Source of the DNA: Christensenellaceae bacterium Phil7
GTDB taxonomy: Bacteria; Bacillota; Clostridia; Christensenellales; CAG-138
Direction of reading: 5' to 3'
Length of the DNA: 64,000 nt
NCBI GenBank assembly: GCA_001940845.1
Contig: MSGV01000020.1
Coordinates: forward strand, 90 to 64,089
Shown here: positions 11,155 to 20,527 of the stretch, one piece after another
How the letters are laid out: the number at the start of each line of letters is the position of its first letter
Position numbering within the stretch: the stretch's first letter is position 1
Made by a program: the position numbers and the translations under genes
The notes under the pieces: generated by a model
Database searches by the model: none
Told to the model about the DNA's origin: nothing
The model's input: only the letters and a program-made list of their open reading frames with translations

Positions 11155-12327
11155 TTAATGATGGAATAATCTCATTCCTGTAAACACCATGACCATATCA
11201 TGCTCATTACAGGCTTTGATAACATCCTCATCGCGCACAGAACCTCCGGGCTGGGCCACATAACGCACTCCGCTCCTATACGCACGCTCTATATTATCGC
11301 TAAATGGGAAGAATGCATCGCTGGCAAGGCTCGTTTCAGTATAATTTGCCAACCATGCACGCTTCTCCTCGCGAGTAAAGATTTCCGGACGCACGGTAAA
11401 GAAATTCTGCCATTTACCCTCATCCAGCACATCTCCGCACTCCTCATCACTCAAATAAAGATCTATTGCATTATCCCTGTTTGCCCTCGGAATATCGGGT
11501 CTGAACGGCAGCTCAAGTACCTTTGGGCATTGCCTCAAATGCCAGAAATCCGCTTTGCCGCCGGCCAGTCTTGTGCAATGAATTCTCGATTGCTGCCCCG
11601 CACCAACGCCTATAGTCTGTCCGCCCTCCGCATAACATACAGAGTTGGATTGTGTATATTTGAGGGTTATCAAGGCAATCAGCAGATCAAGCTTTGCACT
11701 CTCCGGTATTGTCTTATTTTCCGTTACGATGGTTTTGAGCATATCCTCATCGATATGAAGATCATTTCTTCCCTGTTCAAAGGTTATGCCGTAAACCATG
11801 CGTCTCTCGATAGGGGCGGGCACATAGTTTTCATCCATACGTATAATTGTATAGTTGCCCCTTTTCTTGGTTTTGAGCAATTCCAGCGCATCCTCATCAT
11901 AATCCGGCGCAATTATGCCATCGGAGACCTCATGATGCAGTATTCCGGCAAGGCTCATATCCACCTTTGAGCTTACGGAAACAAAATCACCGAAGGAAGA
12001 CATGCGATCGGCTCCTCTTGCGCGTACATATGCGCAGGCGAGAGGCGAAAGCTCGATACCATCTTCCACAAAATACATCTTCTTAAGTGTTTCATTGAGC
12101 GGCAACCCTATGGCGGCTCCTGCCGGACTGACATGCTTGAAGCTTGCTGCAGCCGGCAGCCCGGTTGCTTGCATCAGCTCGCGAACAAGCTGATACCCAT
12201 TCAATGCATCAAGCAAATTTATATATCCTGCCTTGCCATTCAGAATTTCTATTGGGAGCTCCCCATCGATGGATATCTTTGCTGGTTTTTGATTCGGATT
12301 ACATCCATATTTAAGTTCGTAATTCAT
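11155..12327 (-). CDS. purH: AICAR formyltransferase, stand-alone (PurH C-terminal domain only; no MGS-like IMP cyclohydrolase domain)
   Basis: 390 aa starting at the AICARFT motif (LKYGCNPNQ, comparable to LRYGENPHQ). Ends with the typical ...FTGMRLFHH. Confidence 0.9.
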   Translation of the reverse strand: MNYELKYGCNPNQKPAKISIDGELPIEILNGKAGYINLLDALNGYQLVRELMQATGLPAAASFKHVSPAGAAIGLPLNETLKKMYFVEDGIELSPLACAYVRARGADRMSSFGDFVSVSSKVDMSLAGILHHEVSDGIIAPDYDEDALELLKTKKRGNYTIIRMDENYVPAPIERRMVYGITFEQGRNDLHIDEDMLKTIVTENKTIPESAKLDLLIALITLKYTQSNSVCYAEGGQTIGVGAGQQSRIHCTRLAGGKADFWHLRQCPKVLELPFRPDIPRANRDNAIDLYLSDEECGDVLDEGKWQNFFTVRPEIFTREEKRAWLANYTETSLASDAFFPFSDNIERAYRSGVRYVAQPGGSVRDEDVIKACNEHDMVMVFTGMRLFHH

Positions 12328-12430
12328 ATTTTTCCTTTCAAAAAGACCTCATAAGTATAAGCGCCATGCCTATCAGAGCAGGCGATTCGCCCATACCTCC
12401 GGCATCTCAGTCCGTATTCTAAATAAAGAT

Positions 12431-13117
12431 TTACTTATTTTTATTTATTATCCTTGTTTCCTCAATTTCCATCTCACAATCTATGAATCTAACAAACAAG
12501 GATACCTTATTCGGCTCATTAAGCGAATTCCAAAGTCCATTTGCAAGCTCATCAATGTTCATATCGGGAATCATAAATCTGCGCGGTTCCCCTCTGAACG
12601 ATGGGATAGGGCTGCCATCCTGCTCGTATGTATGTATCAGATGAACAATATTGCTTTCCTTAGCATAGCGAAATACACTTCGCATACAGGCACCGCCCAA
12701 TCCATCCTCAGATTTTAGGATGCTGAGACGATAATCATTTTTATCGATCATCCCACTTATGCGCGGAGTGAAATTTGGAGCATCGGGCTCATATCTGCGT
12801 TTTTGAAGTGCAGATTCAAAACTTCCCCCAATGCATAGTTCGTCATATATGGTATCCGTCTGATCTCCGTTGGTCACAATCGTTTGACTATGAAATTTTC
12901 TCACTGGGGCATAGATTATAAGGCTTGGATCGCTGCATTTCTTTTCATCAAACGCCTTTGTTCTTATGCCGTCACCGTTCGGTTCAAATATGCGATTTCG
13001 GCTATTCTCGCTTCGACCCATGATAAAATACGCAATGACCGCATATTTACTGTTATAACCAAGCATTATCCCTCTTCCGGGATACTCATTTGAAGCCAGG
13101 TAATCAAAAATCTGCAT
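12431..13117 (-). CDS. PurO-type (archaeal-like) IMP cyclohydrolase family protein
   Basis: 228 aa with N-terminal ...YPGRGIMLG...YFIMGRSENSRNR, characteristic of the IMP_cyclohyd (PurO) family. Lies inside the pur operon, directly upstream of the truncated purH. Confidence 0.8.
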   Translation of the reverse strand: MQIFDYLASNEYPGRGIMLGYNSKYAVIAYFIMGRSENSRNRIFEPNGDGIRTKAFDEKKCSDPSLIIYAPVRKFHSQTIVTNGDQTDTIYDELCIGGSFESALQKRRYEPDAPNFTPRISGMIDKNDYRLSILKSEDGLGGACMRSVFRYAKESNIVHLIHTYEQDGSPIPSFRGEPRRFMIPDMNIDELANGLWNSLNEPNKVSLFVRFIDCEMEIEETRIINKNK

Positions 13118-13147
13118 TAAAACTCCTTTCAGTCTGCTCTATCGCAT

Positions 13148-13747
13148 TCAAGCTTCTGAAATCTCTCGAAAAACCTTCTCAAGCGCCATTGGAAGCAGTT
13201 CCCATTCGGCCTGCTCCATAACGCGCCTTTGCAAGGTCTCCGGAGTATCTTCATCCTCAATATTCACTGCCTTTTGATAAATTATCTGACCGCCATCGGC
13301 AATAGCATTAACAAAATGTACGGTTGCGCCCGTAACCTTAACGCCGTATTCAAGAGCAGCTTCATGCACTTTAAGCCCATAATACCCCTTTCCGCAGAAG
13401 GATGGTATCAAAGATGGATGTACATTAATTATCCTGCGAGGAAATTTAGACACAAAACTTTCGCTCAATATTGCAGTAAAGCCGGCAAGCACTATGACCT
13501 CTATCCCTCTTTCACAAATGAGCTCATATGCCCGATTTTCAAAAAGCTCAGGATTTTTCTTATTAAACGGCAGATAAACAGCTTCTATCCCCGCATTTTT
13601 TGCCCTTTCAAGCGCATAAGCACCCTCCTTATTGGAGATAACGAGCGCAATTTGACCGGACTTTATTATGCTGCCCCTCTTATCAAGCAGCGCCTGCAAA
13701 TTCGTGCCTCCGCCTGAAACAAAAACCGCTGCGCGTGGGATCAGCAT
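13148..13747 (-). CDS. purN: Phosphoribosylglycinamide formyltransferase
   Basis: 199 aa with the VFVSGGGTNLQAL and INVHPSL motifs. Confidence 0.93.
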   Translation of the reverse strand: MLIPRAAVFVSGGGTNLQALLDKRGSIIKSGQIALVISNKEGAYALERAKNAGIEAVYLPFNKKNPELFENRAYELICERGIEVIVLAGFTAILSESFVSKFPRRIINVHPSLIPSFCGKGYYGLKVHEAALEYGVKVTGATVHFVNAIADGGQIIYQKAVNIEDEDTPETLQRRVMEQAEWELLPMALEKVFREISEA

Positions 13748-14784
13748 ATCGTCACTCCATCACCGCTGATGGTATCACCCATGATATATGCGTCCTCACC
13801 ATTCGCTCTCAAGATCTCGATTGCTCTATCCGCATCCTCCTTTGCAACCACCAGGCACATACCAACGCCCATATTAAATGTATTGTACATATCCCTTTCG
13901 GGAATATTTCCCGTCTTCTGAATGAGTTCAAAAAGAGGTATCTTTCTCAGGCTTGCCTTCGATATTCTCGCGCCGATACCCTTTTTGAGGCAGCGCGGAA
14001 TATTTTCGTAAAAGCCTCCGCCAGTTATATGCGCACAACCTTTGATTTTTATTTCATCCGCAAGTGCCAGGACGGGTTTCACATATATCCTTGTCGGAGC
14101 AATAAGGGCTTCGCCCAGAGTGGTATTTATCGATTCCACATGCGTTCTGATCACGTCAGGGTTTGTATCGATTCCAAATATATGCCTAACCAGTGAAAAT
14201 CCGTTTGAATGCACTCCGCTGGACGGAAGAGCGATGATAACATCACCAGGAATCATAGTTTCATTATCAAATACTTTGCTCCTATCAACGATACCTACAG
14301 CAAAGCCAGCCAGGTCAAATTCATCGACGGGATAAAATCCAGGCATCTCCGCCGTTTCTCCGCCGACAAGAGCACAACCGGCCTGTACACAGCCTTCCGC
14401 AACACCTTCAACTATTGAAGCTACCTTTTCCGGTACGTTCTTGCCCAGAGCGATATAGTCAAGGAAGAACAACGGCTTTGCACCACAGCATATAATATCA
14501 TTGACGCACATAGCGGTGCAATCGATTCCGACCGTATTATAGCGGTTCATAAGAAAGGCCAGCTTCAATTTTGTACCGACGCCATCGGTACCGCTCACGA
14601 GGATTGGCTCCTTCATCCCTGTTAGATCCAGTTTGAAAAGTCCGCCGAAGCTGCCAATATCCGATACACAGCCTGCGGTCATAGTTCTTGCAACGTGCTG
14701 CTTCATCAACTCCACCGCACGATAGCCGGCAGTGATATCCACTCCCGCTTTTTCATAGCTTTCGCTTCTGCTAACGCTTGACAT
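13741..14784 (-). CDS. purM: Phosphoribosylformylglycinamidine cyclo-ligase (AIR synthase)
   Basis: 347 aa with YEKAGVDI, DGVGTK and GGETAEMP motifs. Overlaps purN by 7 nt. Confidence 0.95.
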   Translation of the reverse strand: MSSVSRSESYEKAGVDITAGYRAVELMKQHVARTMTAGCVSDIGSFGGLFKLDLTGMKEPILVSGTDGVGTKLKLAFLMNRYNTVGIDCTAMCVNDIICCGAKPLFFLDYIALGKNVPEKVASIVEGVAEGCVQAGCALVGGETAEMPGFYPVDEFDLAGFAVGIVDRSKVFDNETMIPGDVIIALPSSGVHSNGFSLVRHIFGIDTNPDVIRTHVESINTTLGEALIAPTRIYVKPVLALADEIKIKGCAHITGGGFYENIPRCLKKGIGARISKASLRKIPLFELIQKTGNIPERDMYNTFNMGVGMCLVVAKEDADRAIEILRANGEDAYIMGDTISGDGVTIC

Positions 14785-16239
14785 TTAATCCTCCTTGGTC
14801 TCGCCAATCTTCTTAGAATATTTATTTTCCCATTTACGTTTGGGAGGTTCGCAGGGGTATTCACCAGTAAAACAGCCCACGCAGTAATCCTTGCAGCCAT
14901 TTCCCGCGATATGCTTTGCATCATAAACGCTCAAGAAACCGATTGAATCAACGTTCAGCTTATCCCGCATCTCTTCTTCGGTATACTTATTTGCAAAAAG
15001 CTCCTCTTTGGACGGTATGTCGGTTCCGAAATAACATGGAAATAGAAATTTAGGAGCCGCCAGGCGTAAATGCACCTCGCTTGCACCTGCACCCCTCAAT
15101 ATTTTTACAGTTCTTGCTATCGTTGTCCCCCGGACTATAGAATCATCTACCAGAACAACACGCTTTCCTTTAACGGTATCCTCAACTGGATTGAGCTTTA
15201 TGCGAACACCCTTCTCCCTCGCAGCCTGGTTGGGAGCAATAAAAGTCCTGCCAATATATTTATTTTTTATAAATCCCACTCCATATGGAATCCCGGATTG
15301 CTGAGCAAAACCAAGCGCAGCATCTATACCGGAATCCGGCACTCCGATGACCACATCAGCCTGCACGGGGTGCTCCAGCGCGAGAAATGCGCCCGCACGT
15401 TTCCTTGCCGCATGAACGGAGCATCCCTCTATATAGCTATCCGGACGGGCAAAATAGATGTACTCAAATACACACAGCGCATGCTTTGCCTTGCCGCAAT
15501 GCTCCCTGCGCGTGGTGAGCTCGCCATTCTTTACTATGACGATCTCGCCCGGTTCAACATCGCGGATAAACTTTGCGCCCATCGCATCGAGTGCGCAGGT
15601 CTCAGAAGCGAAAGCATATCCCCCATGTGAAAATTCACCGATGCAAAGCGGCCTGAAGCCCTGAGGATCCCTTACTGCAATAAGCTTTGTCGGAGACATT
15701 ATTACCAACGAATAAGCTCCGGTAAGCCTATCCATAGCCCTTGACACCGCTTCTTCGATCGAGGCAGAAGTTATTCGTTCCTTGGTAATCGTATAGGCAA
15801 TGACCTCTGAATCGGTGGTTGTATGAAATATTGAGCCCGCAAGCTCAAGCTCCTCACGAAGCTCCGCATCATTAGTAAGATTTCCATTATGCGCCAGCGC
15901 CATGCTGCCCTTGATATGATTTACTACCAAGGGCTGGCAGTTCATGCGTTTATCCCCCCCGGTTGTTGAGTAACGTACATGACCGACAGCCATCTGCCCC
16001 ATACCCAGTGCAGAAAGAACGCTTTCATTGAAAACATCATTAACGAGCCCCTCATCACAATGAGCGGTTATCACACCATCATCATTTACAGCAATACCTG
16101 CGCTCTGCTGACCGCGATGCTGAAGAGCATACAGCGCATGAAATGCATACGCCGCAACATCATCCGCCGTATTTACTGCGATACCTACGACACCGCATTC
16201 CTCATGCAGCGAGTTAAAGATCAAATCCTGTGAATCCAT
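14785..16239 (-). CDS. purF: Amidophosphoribosyltransferase
   Basis: 484 aa. Ntn nucleophile context EECGVVGI, PRT motif VVLVDDSIVRGTT, and C-terminal Cys ligands for an Fe-S cluster. Confidence 0.95.
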   Translation of the reverse strand: MDSQDLIFNSLHEECGVVGIAVNTADDVAAYAFHALYALQHRGQQSAGIAVNDDGVITAHCDEGLVNDVFNESVLSALGMGQMAVGHVRYSTTGGDKRMNCQPLVVNHIKGSMALAHNGNLTNDAELREELELAGSIFHTTTDSEVIAYTITKERITSASIEEAVSRAMDRLTGAYSLVIMSPTKLIAVRDPQGFRPLCIGEFSHGGYAFASETCALDAMGAKFIRDVEPGEIVIVKNGELTTRREHCGKAKHALCVFEYIYFARPDSYIEGCSVHAARKRAGAFLALEHPVQADVVIGVPDSGIDAALGFAQQSGIPYGVGFIKNKYIGRTFIAPNQAAREKGVRIKLNPVEDTVKGKRVVLVDDSIVRGTTIARTVKILRGAGASEVHLRLAAPKFLFPCYFGTDIPSKEELFANKYTEEEMRDKLNVDSIGFLSVYDAKHIAGNGCKDYCVGCFTGEYPCEPPKRKWENKYSKKIGETKED

Positions 16240-16299
16240 AATCTTCCTTTATCAATATAATTTGCCAAATAGATCGCTATCCCAGAAAGTATTAAGCGA

Positions 16300-17010
16300 T
16301 TATTCGCCCATTAGCCTTCTCAGTATTTCCTGATATGCATCCTCGACATGACCAAGATCTCTGCGGAAACGATCCTTATCGAGCTTCTCATGGGTTTTGC
16401 TATCCCAGAAACGGCAGGTATCAGGCGATATCTCATCCGCAAGCACGATCGTGCCATCTGCAAGCTTTCCGAATTCAAGCTTGAAATCAACCAGATCAAT
16501 ATTCATACCCTTGAAGAACGGGATAAGAATCTCATTTATACGAAATGCATACTGCTTGATCGTTTCAAGCTCTTCCGCAGTGCAGAGCTGCATCGCAAAT
16601 GCGTGATAATCATTTATCATTGGATCTCCCAGCTCATCATCCTTATATGAGAATTCGAGCACGGTGCTTGCAAGCTGTGTTCCCTCCGGAATGCCAAGAC
16701 GCTTGGAAAGCGAACCAGCAGCAATATTGCGTACAATCACCTCAAGCGGTACGATTTTGACTGCCTTTACCGCAGTCTCACGTTCAGAAAGCTGCTCCAC
16801 GAAATGCGTTGGAATGCCCTTCTCCTCCAGCATCATCATAATCCTGTTGGTAACGGTATTGTTAATGACGCCCTTACCTGCAATGGTGCCCTTCTTTTCT
16901 CCATTAAATGCAGTCGCATCATCCTTATAATCAACGATATAGATGCCGGGAACATCGGTCTCGAATACCTTCTTAGCTTTGCCCTCATAGAGCTGAACCG
17001 TTTTTTTCAT
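16300..17010 (-). CDS. purC: SAICAR synthase
   Basis: 236 aa with LYEGKAK and the typical PurC core. Confidence 0.95.
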   Translation of the reverse strand: MKKTVQLYEGKAKKVFETDVPGIYIVDYKDDATAFNGEKKGTIAGKGVINNTVTNRIMMMLEEKGIPTHFVEQLSERETAVKAVKIVPLEVIVRNIAAGSLSKRLGIPEGTQLASTVLEFSYKDDELGDPMINDYHAFAMQLCTAEELETIKQYAFRINEILIPFFKGMNIDLVDFKLEFGKLADGTIVLADEISPDTCRFWDSKTHEKLDKDRFRRDLGHVEDAYQEILRRLMGE

Positions 17011-17175
17011 AATAGCCTCCTAAGTAATTTTTAGAATCAGATTAATTATGTTTTTTAGTTTATATCGAATATCGTCTTCCGACTCTGTACATTCATCCCA
17101 ATCGGATCGGCGATCCCCAATTATTATTTGTCCGAAAAAAGCTTAATAGCCGCAATCATGCGACTATTTTTAAAA

Positions 17176-17667
17176 TTACAGCGTGGATTTTCCGACCTCT
17201 TCATCCTTTTTTCGAACGGAATCCGCCATCTCCCTGCGCATGGCATTGAGTTTTTCCGTAAGCTCAGCATCCGAAAGTGCGAGCATCTCTGCGGCCAGCA
17301 GCGCAGCATTGGCTGCGCCATCGATCGCAACCGTTGCAACCGGAACGCCGGAAGGCATCTGCACCGTTGCAAGCAAAGCATCCATTCCATCTAGTGCATC
17401 CGACTTTAGGGGAACACCAATGACCGGCAACGTTGTATTTGCAGCAATAAATCCTGCTAAATGTGCCGCCTTGCCGGCAGCGGCTATGATAACACCAAAG
17501 CCCCTGTCCCTTGCACCTGCGGCAAATTCCGTCACTTCGGCAGGCGTACGATGCGCACTCATAACTCGCATCTCAAAGGGAATATCAAGAGCCTCAAGCT
17601 TTTCAGCAGCCTTGCGCACGACCGGCAGATCGCTTGCGCTGCCCATGATAATTGCAACATTTTTCAT
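17176..17667 (-). CDS. purE: PurE (N5-CAIR mutase-type signature)
   Basis: 163 aa with IIMGSASD and [13 protein letters not shown]...PVIGVP motifs. Confidence 0.93.
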   Translation of the reverse strand: MKNVAIIMGSASDLPVVRKAAEKLEALDIPFEMRVMSAHRTPAEVTEFAAGARDRGFGVIIAAAGKAAHLAGFIAANTTLPVIGVPLKSDALDGMDALLATVQMPSGVPVATVAIDGAANAALLAAEMLALSDAELTEKLNAMRREMADSVRKKDEEVGKSTL

Positions 17668-18113
17668 ATCTTTTGCGCCTTTCGCGTGCCATCAAAAATA
17701 TCGGCACTTTACATACATATGCTAACAAAAAGGGGGCTTAATTTCAAGTATTCGACGGGTTTTATATTATACATCTTTGAGATTATACCCCTTTTCCGCT
17801 TTGTTTCGGTTAATGCTTATGATTTATCAAAGTTTTTATGAGCCGATATATTCTTTCTTTTTTGTCTGCGCAAATTCTGCAAATATATCTTGGATTTGCA
17901 TCAATGTTCACTTGTTTTGCTTGTCAATTATATGTTATAATGTATGTGTATTGTTTGTAATGTTTTTCATCAGCAAGCATTATCGACTTACCTGATCTCG
18001 CGATACCCAATCACGACATTTATCACACCTGTGACCACTGAACGACCCGATGATTCTATTGCTTTGATTCGAAGCAGTCGGTTCATCAGAACCTGAAAGG
18101 AGAATCCTTCCAC

Positions 18114-18848
18114 ATGAAAAAGAAATTGATTGTCATTGCAGCATGTCTGCTATCTCTCTCTTTTGCGGTCAGCTCATCACTTGTTGTAGGGGCATCATCC
18201 ACCAATAGCGAGGGACTGCGGGCATCCAGACCGCGCGAAGGAGTGGCCATCTTTGCACCATCACAGGAAGAGCTTGACAAAATAGAGCTTGACCTTTCAA
18301 ACGCATACGCATACTATTTTCAGGATGAACCAGATGTAGGGCCTGACGATAGCTGTGAAAAGGTTCAGATACTCAATGAGATTCAAGATGTTTTATATGA
18401 TTATATCTTCAGTATCTCAAACGCTCCGTCTCCGGACTGCTATCCGGACTGGTACGGTGACGTATACATCGTTGGGGCAAACTGCAATTCTAAGTCTAAG
18501 CTTGAGGTACACATAATGCTCGTAAAGGGCAGGGAAGATGAAGCTCAGAAGAAGCTGCGCAGCGCTCTCGAGCCCTATGCGGACTATATCTTCTATTCCT
18601 ATGAGGAGCATTCATTCAAAGAATATTCCCACTTTTCCTCCGATGTCGTGGTTCCTACGCTCCTGGATGCAGGAATCGCATTGTATACCGCCGGTCCAAG
18701 CGTGTATGCAGGAACCTCATTCTGCATAGATCCCAAGGATTTCGATGCGGCCTGTGTCATTATAGGCGACCTCGTTGAAGAATACGGAATGAGCGCGCTT
18801 GTCGTTACCGGAGGACCCGTGGAGTTTGAAGCGGAAATGCTCGAATAA
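18114..18848 (+). CDS. Secreted hypothetical protein
   Basis: 244 aa. Signal peptide MKKKLIVIAACLLSLSFAVSS. AAAGGAG SD upstream. No recognisable catalytic motif. Confidence 0.75.
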   Translation: MKKKLIVIAACLLSLSFAVSSSLVVGASSTNSEGLRASRPREGVAIFAPSQEELDKIELDLSNAYAYYFQDEPDVGPDDSCEKVQILNEIQDVLYDYIFSISNAPSPDCYPDWYGDVYIVGANCNSKSKLEVHIMLVKGREDEAQKKLRSALEPYADYIFYSYEEHSFKEYSHFSSDVVVPTLLDAGIALYTAGPSVYAGTSFCIDPKDFDAACVIIGDLVEEYGMSALVVTGGPVEFEAEMLE

Positions 18849-18896
18849 GCTCACCTGGTATAATTAGGTATTGGTAAGCATGAATAATGCAGCTGA

Positions 18897-18930
18897 GGGG
18901 AATGCCTTCCGGCATTCCCTCCATTTGTTT
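18897..18930 (+). terminator. Probable terminator
   Basis: Stem GGGAATGCC/GGCATTCCC with a 4-nt loop, then CCATTTGTTT. Confidence 0.5.
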
Positions 18931-19019
18931 CAGGAGCGTTACCAGCATTTTTCTGCTCGAATCGATCCAATTTTTCAATAATTGTCGGACTTTCGCACCG
19001 ATTATATTCCACCATCCAC

Positions 19020-19048
19020 TTGCAAATCGGCTTGGATTATGTTAAATT
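19020..19048 (+). promoter_or_regulatory. Candidate promoter of purA-purB
   Basis: TTGCAA (19020-19025), 17-nt spacer, TAAATT (19043-19048), preceded by TGT. Confidence 0.4.
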
Positions 19049-19230
19049 ATAGTTATGGGGGTACTGGCAAAATGGTAGTCTTTGCTTTCTTTTTAACAGA
19101 AGCGGCACAATGTACCGCAGGCTTTGTTTGTGCAAGGGCGAAGCATACCTCACACCAAAACAAGCAAGGGTTGAGCTGTACCATCATTGGTATGGCTTAT
19201 AATTTTTAATAGGATGAAAGGGTTATAATT

Positions 19231-20505
19231 ATGGAAACTTGTGCAATAGTAGGCATAAACTGGGGCGATGAGGGCAAGGGTCGCATGGTCGATCTGATCG
19301 CCGAGGATTATGATATCATCGTTCGCTATCAGGGCGGCAACAATGCCGGGCATACCATCGTAAATGAATATGGCAAATTCGCGCTGAATTTGCTTCCCTC
19401 CGGCATCTTTCGCCGCGAAAAAATGAATATCCTCGGAAACGGCACCGTCATAGATATTCGCCATCTCTGCGGAGAAATTGAGAAGCTTCGGAATGCCGGC
19501 ATCCATATTTCCCCCGAAAATCTGATGATAAGCAGCCGTGCTACCATAGTAATGCCCTATCACGTTGCGCTGGATGGACTTGAGGAAGCACGCCTCTCCG
19601 ATAGACCCTATGGCTCCACCAAGAGGGGAATTGCGCCTGTTTACGGCGATAAATATAAGAAAAAGGGGCTGATGATGGGCGAGCTTTTCGACCGCGATTA
19701 TCTTATAGAGCATCTCAGGGACGTTCTTGAATTCAAAAATCTCGAAATAACAAAAATCTATAATGGTGAACCTTTCAGCCTTGAGAGCATGATAGAATAT
19801 CTGGACACATATGGAGAAATATTGAAACCCTATATCGGCGAGACGGGTTATTACCTCAATCGTGCTGCTTGTGATGGGAAGAAGATTCTATATGAAGCTC
19901 AGCTTGGTGTATTGAGGGATATCGACTTCGGCATTTACCCCTATACCTCATCCTCATCACCTCTGGCTGCATATGCACCCATTGGATCAGGCACTCCCGG
20001 CATTCCAGTTACCAGGGTTATTGGCATCGTTAAAGCGTATTCGACCTGTGTTGGCGAAGGCCCCTTTACCTGTGAGTGGTTTGGTGATGAGGCCGAGGCA
20101 CTACGTAAAGCCGGGGGCGAATATGGTGCCGCAACGGGAAGACCTCGCAGGGTCGGGCCGATAGATCTCGTTGCCACTCGGTACGGTACGCTTATGCAGG
20201 GTGCAACGGAGGTCGCAATCACTAAGATGGACGTCCTCTCATATATGGAGGAGATCCCAATCTGCGTTGGCTATGAGCTGGATGGAAAAGTGGTTCGTGA
20301 TTTTCCCTTCCCCTCTAAACTCGATAGAGCAAAGCCGGTCTATATCACCATGCCCGGTTGGTGCTGTGATATAAGCGGCATACGAAGCTATGCCGAGCTC
20401 CCTATTGAGGCTCGCAATTATGTTGAATTTGTCGAAAAGGAGATCGAATGCCGAATCAGCTTCGTTTCCGTCGGCGCTGCACGCGATGAAATTATTTATC
20501 GCTGA
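19231..20505 (+). CDS. purA: Adenylosuccinate synthase
   Basis: 424 aa with GINWGDEGKG, GGNNAGHT and GTTKRGI-like (GSTKRGI) motifs. Confidence 0.96.
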   Translation: METCAIVGINWGDEGKGRMVDLIAEDYDIIVRYQGGNNAGHTIVNEYGKFALNLLPSGIFRREKMNILGNGTVIDIRHLCGEIEKLRNAGIHISPENLMISSRATIVMPYHVALDGLEEARLSDRPYGSTKRGIAPVYGDKYKKKGLMMGELFDRDYLIEHLRDVLEFKNLEITKIYNGEPFSLESMIEYLDTYGEILKPYIGETGYYLNRAACDGKKILYEAQLGVLRDIDFGIYPYTSSSSPLAAYAPIGSGTPGIPVTRVIGIVKAYSTCVGEGPFTCEWFGDEAEALRKAGGEYGAATGRPRRVGPIDLVATRYGTLMQGATEVAITKMDVLSYMEEIPICVGYELDGKVVRDFPFPSKLDRAKPVYITMPGWCCDISGIRSYAELPIEARNYVEFVEKEIECRISFVSVGAARDEIIYR

Positions 20506-20527
20506 ATCGCATTGAAGAGGTATTATC

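Noticed and set aside
12328-12430. A 103-nt gap between the purO-like gene and purH with local hairpins (GGCGA-A-TCGCC, GATGCC...GGCAT) was considered as an internal ZTP-type riboswitch or attenuator.
   Set aside because: The sequence TCGCCTGCTC only superficially resembles the pfl 3' element, and the 5' subdomain is absent. The evidence is insufficient.
17011-17175. A 165-nt gap between purE and purC contains an AGTCGC/GCGGCT hairpin and a GGATCGCCGATCC palindrome. It was considered as an internal terminator or attenuator.
   Set aside because: The hairpins are short (5-6 bp) and are not followed directly by a T-run. This is weak evidence.
17668-17900. Expected a purine (guanine/adenine), PRPP/ykkC or ZTP riboswitch in front of the purE-led operon.
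   Set aside because: I read the minus strand of this region and found none of the conserved cores: no TATAAT..GGATATGGC..GTTTCTACC..CCGTAAA, no pfl GGGTCGTGAC..CCGCCTGGGC, and no ykkC-like ACGR..GGGA. Only weak promoter-like and short hairpin elements are present, so no riboswitch is claimed. An Rfam/Infernal scan would settle this.
19150-19713. A 187-aa minus-strand ORF overlaps purA. Similar long antisense or alternate-frame ORFs lie inside conserved genes, for example 5440-6036, 8551-9267, 11200-11970, 20570-21094, 23528-24109, 38444-38974, 41320-42138 and 59235-59744.
   Set aside because: Each lies entirely within a strongly conserved housekeeping gene on the other strand or in another frame. 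They have odd composition and no SD, so they are treated as shadow ORFs.
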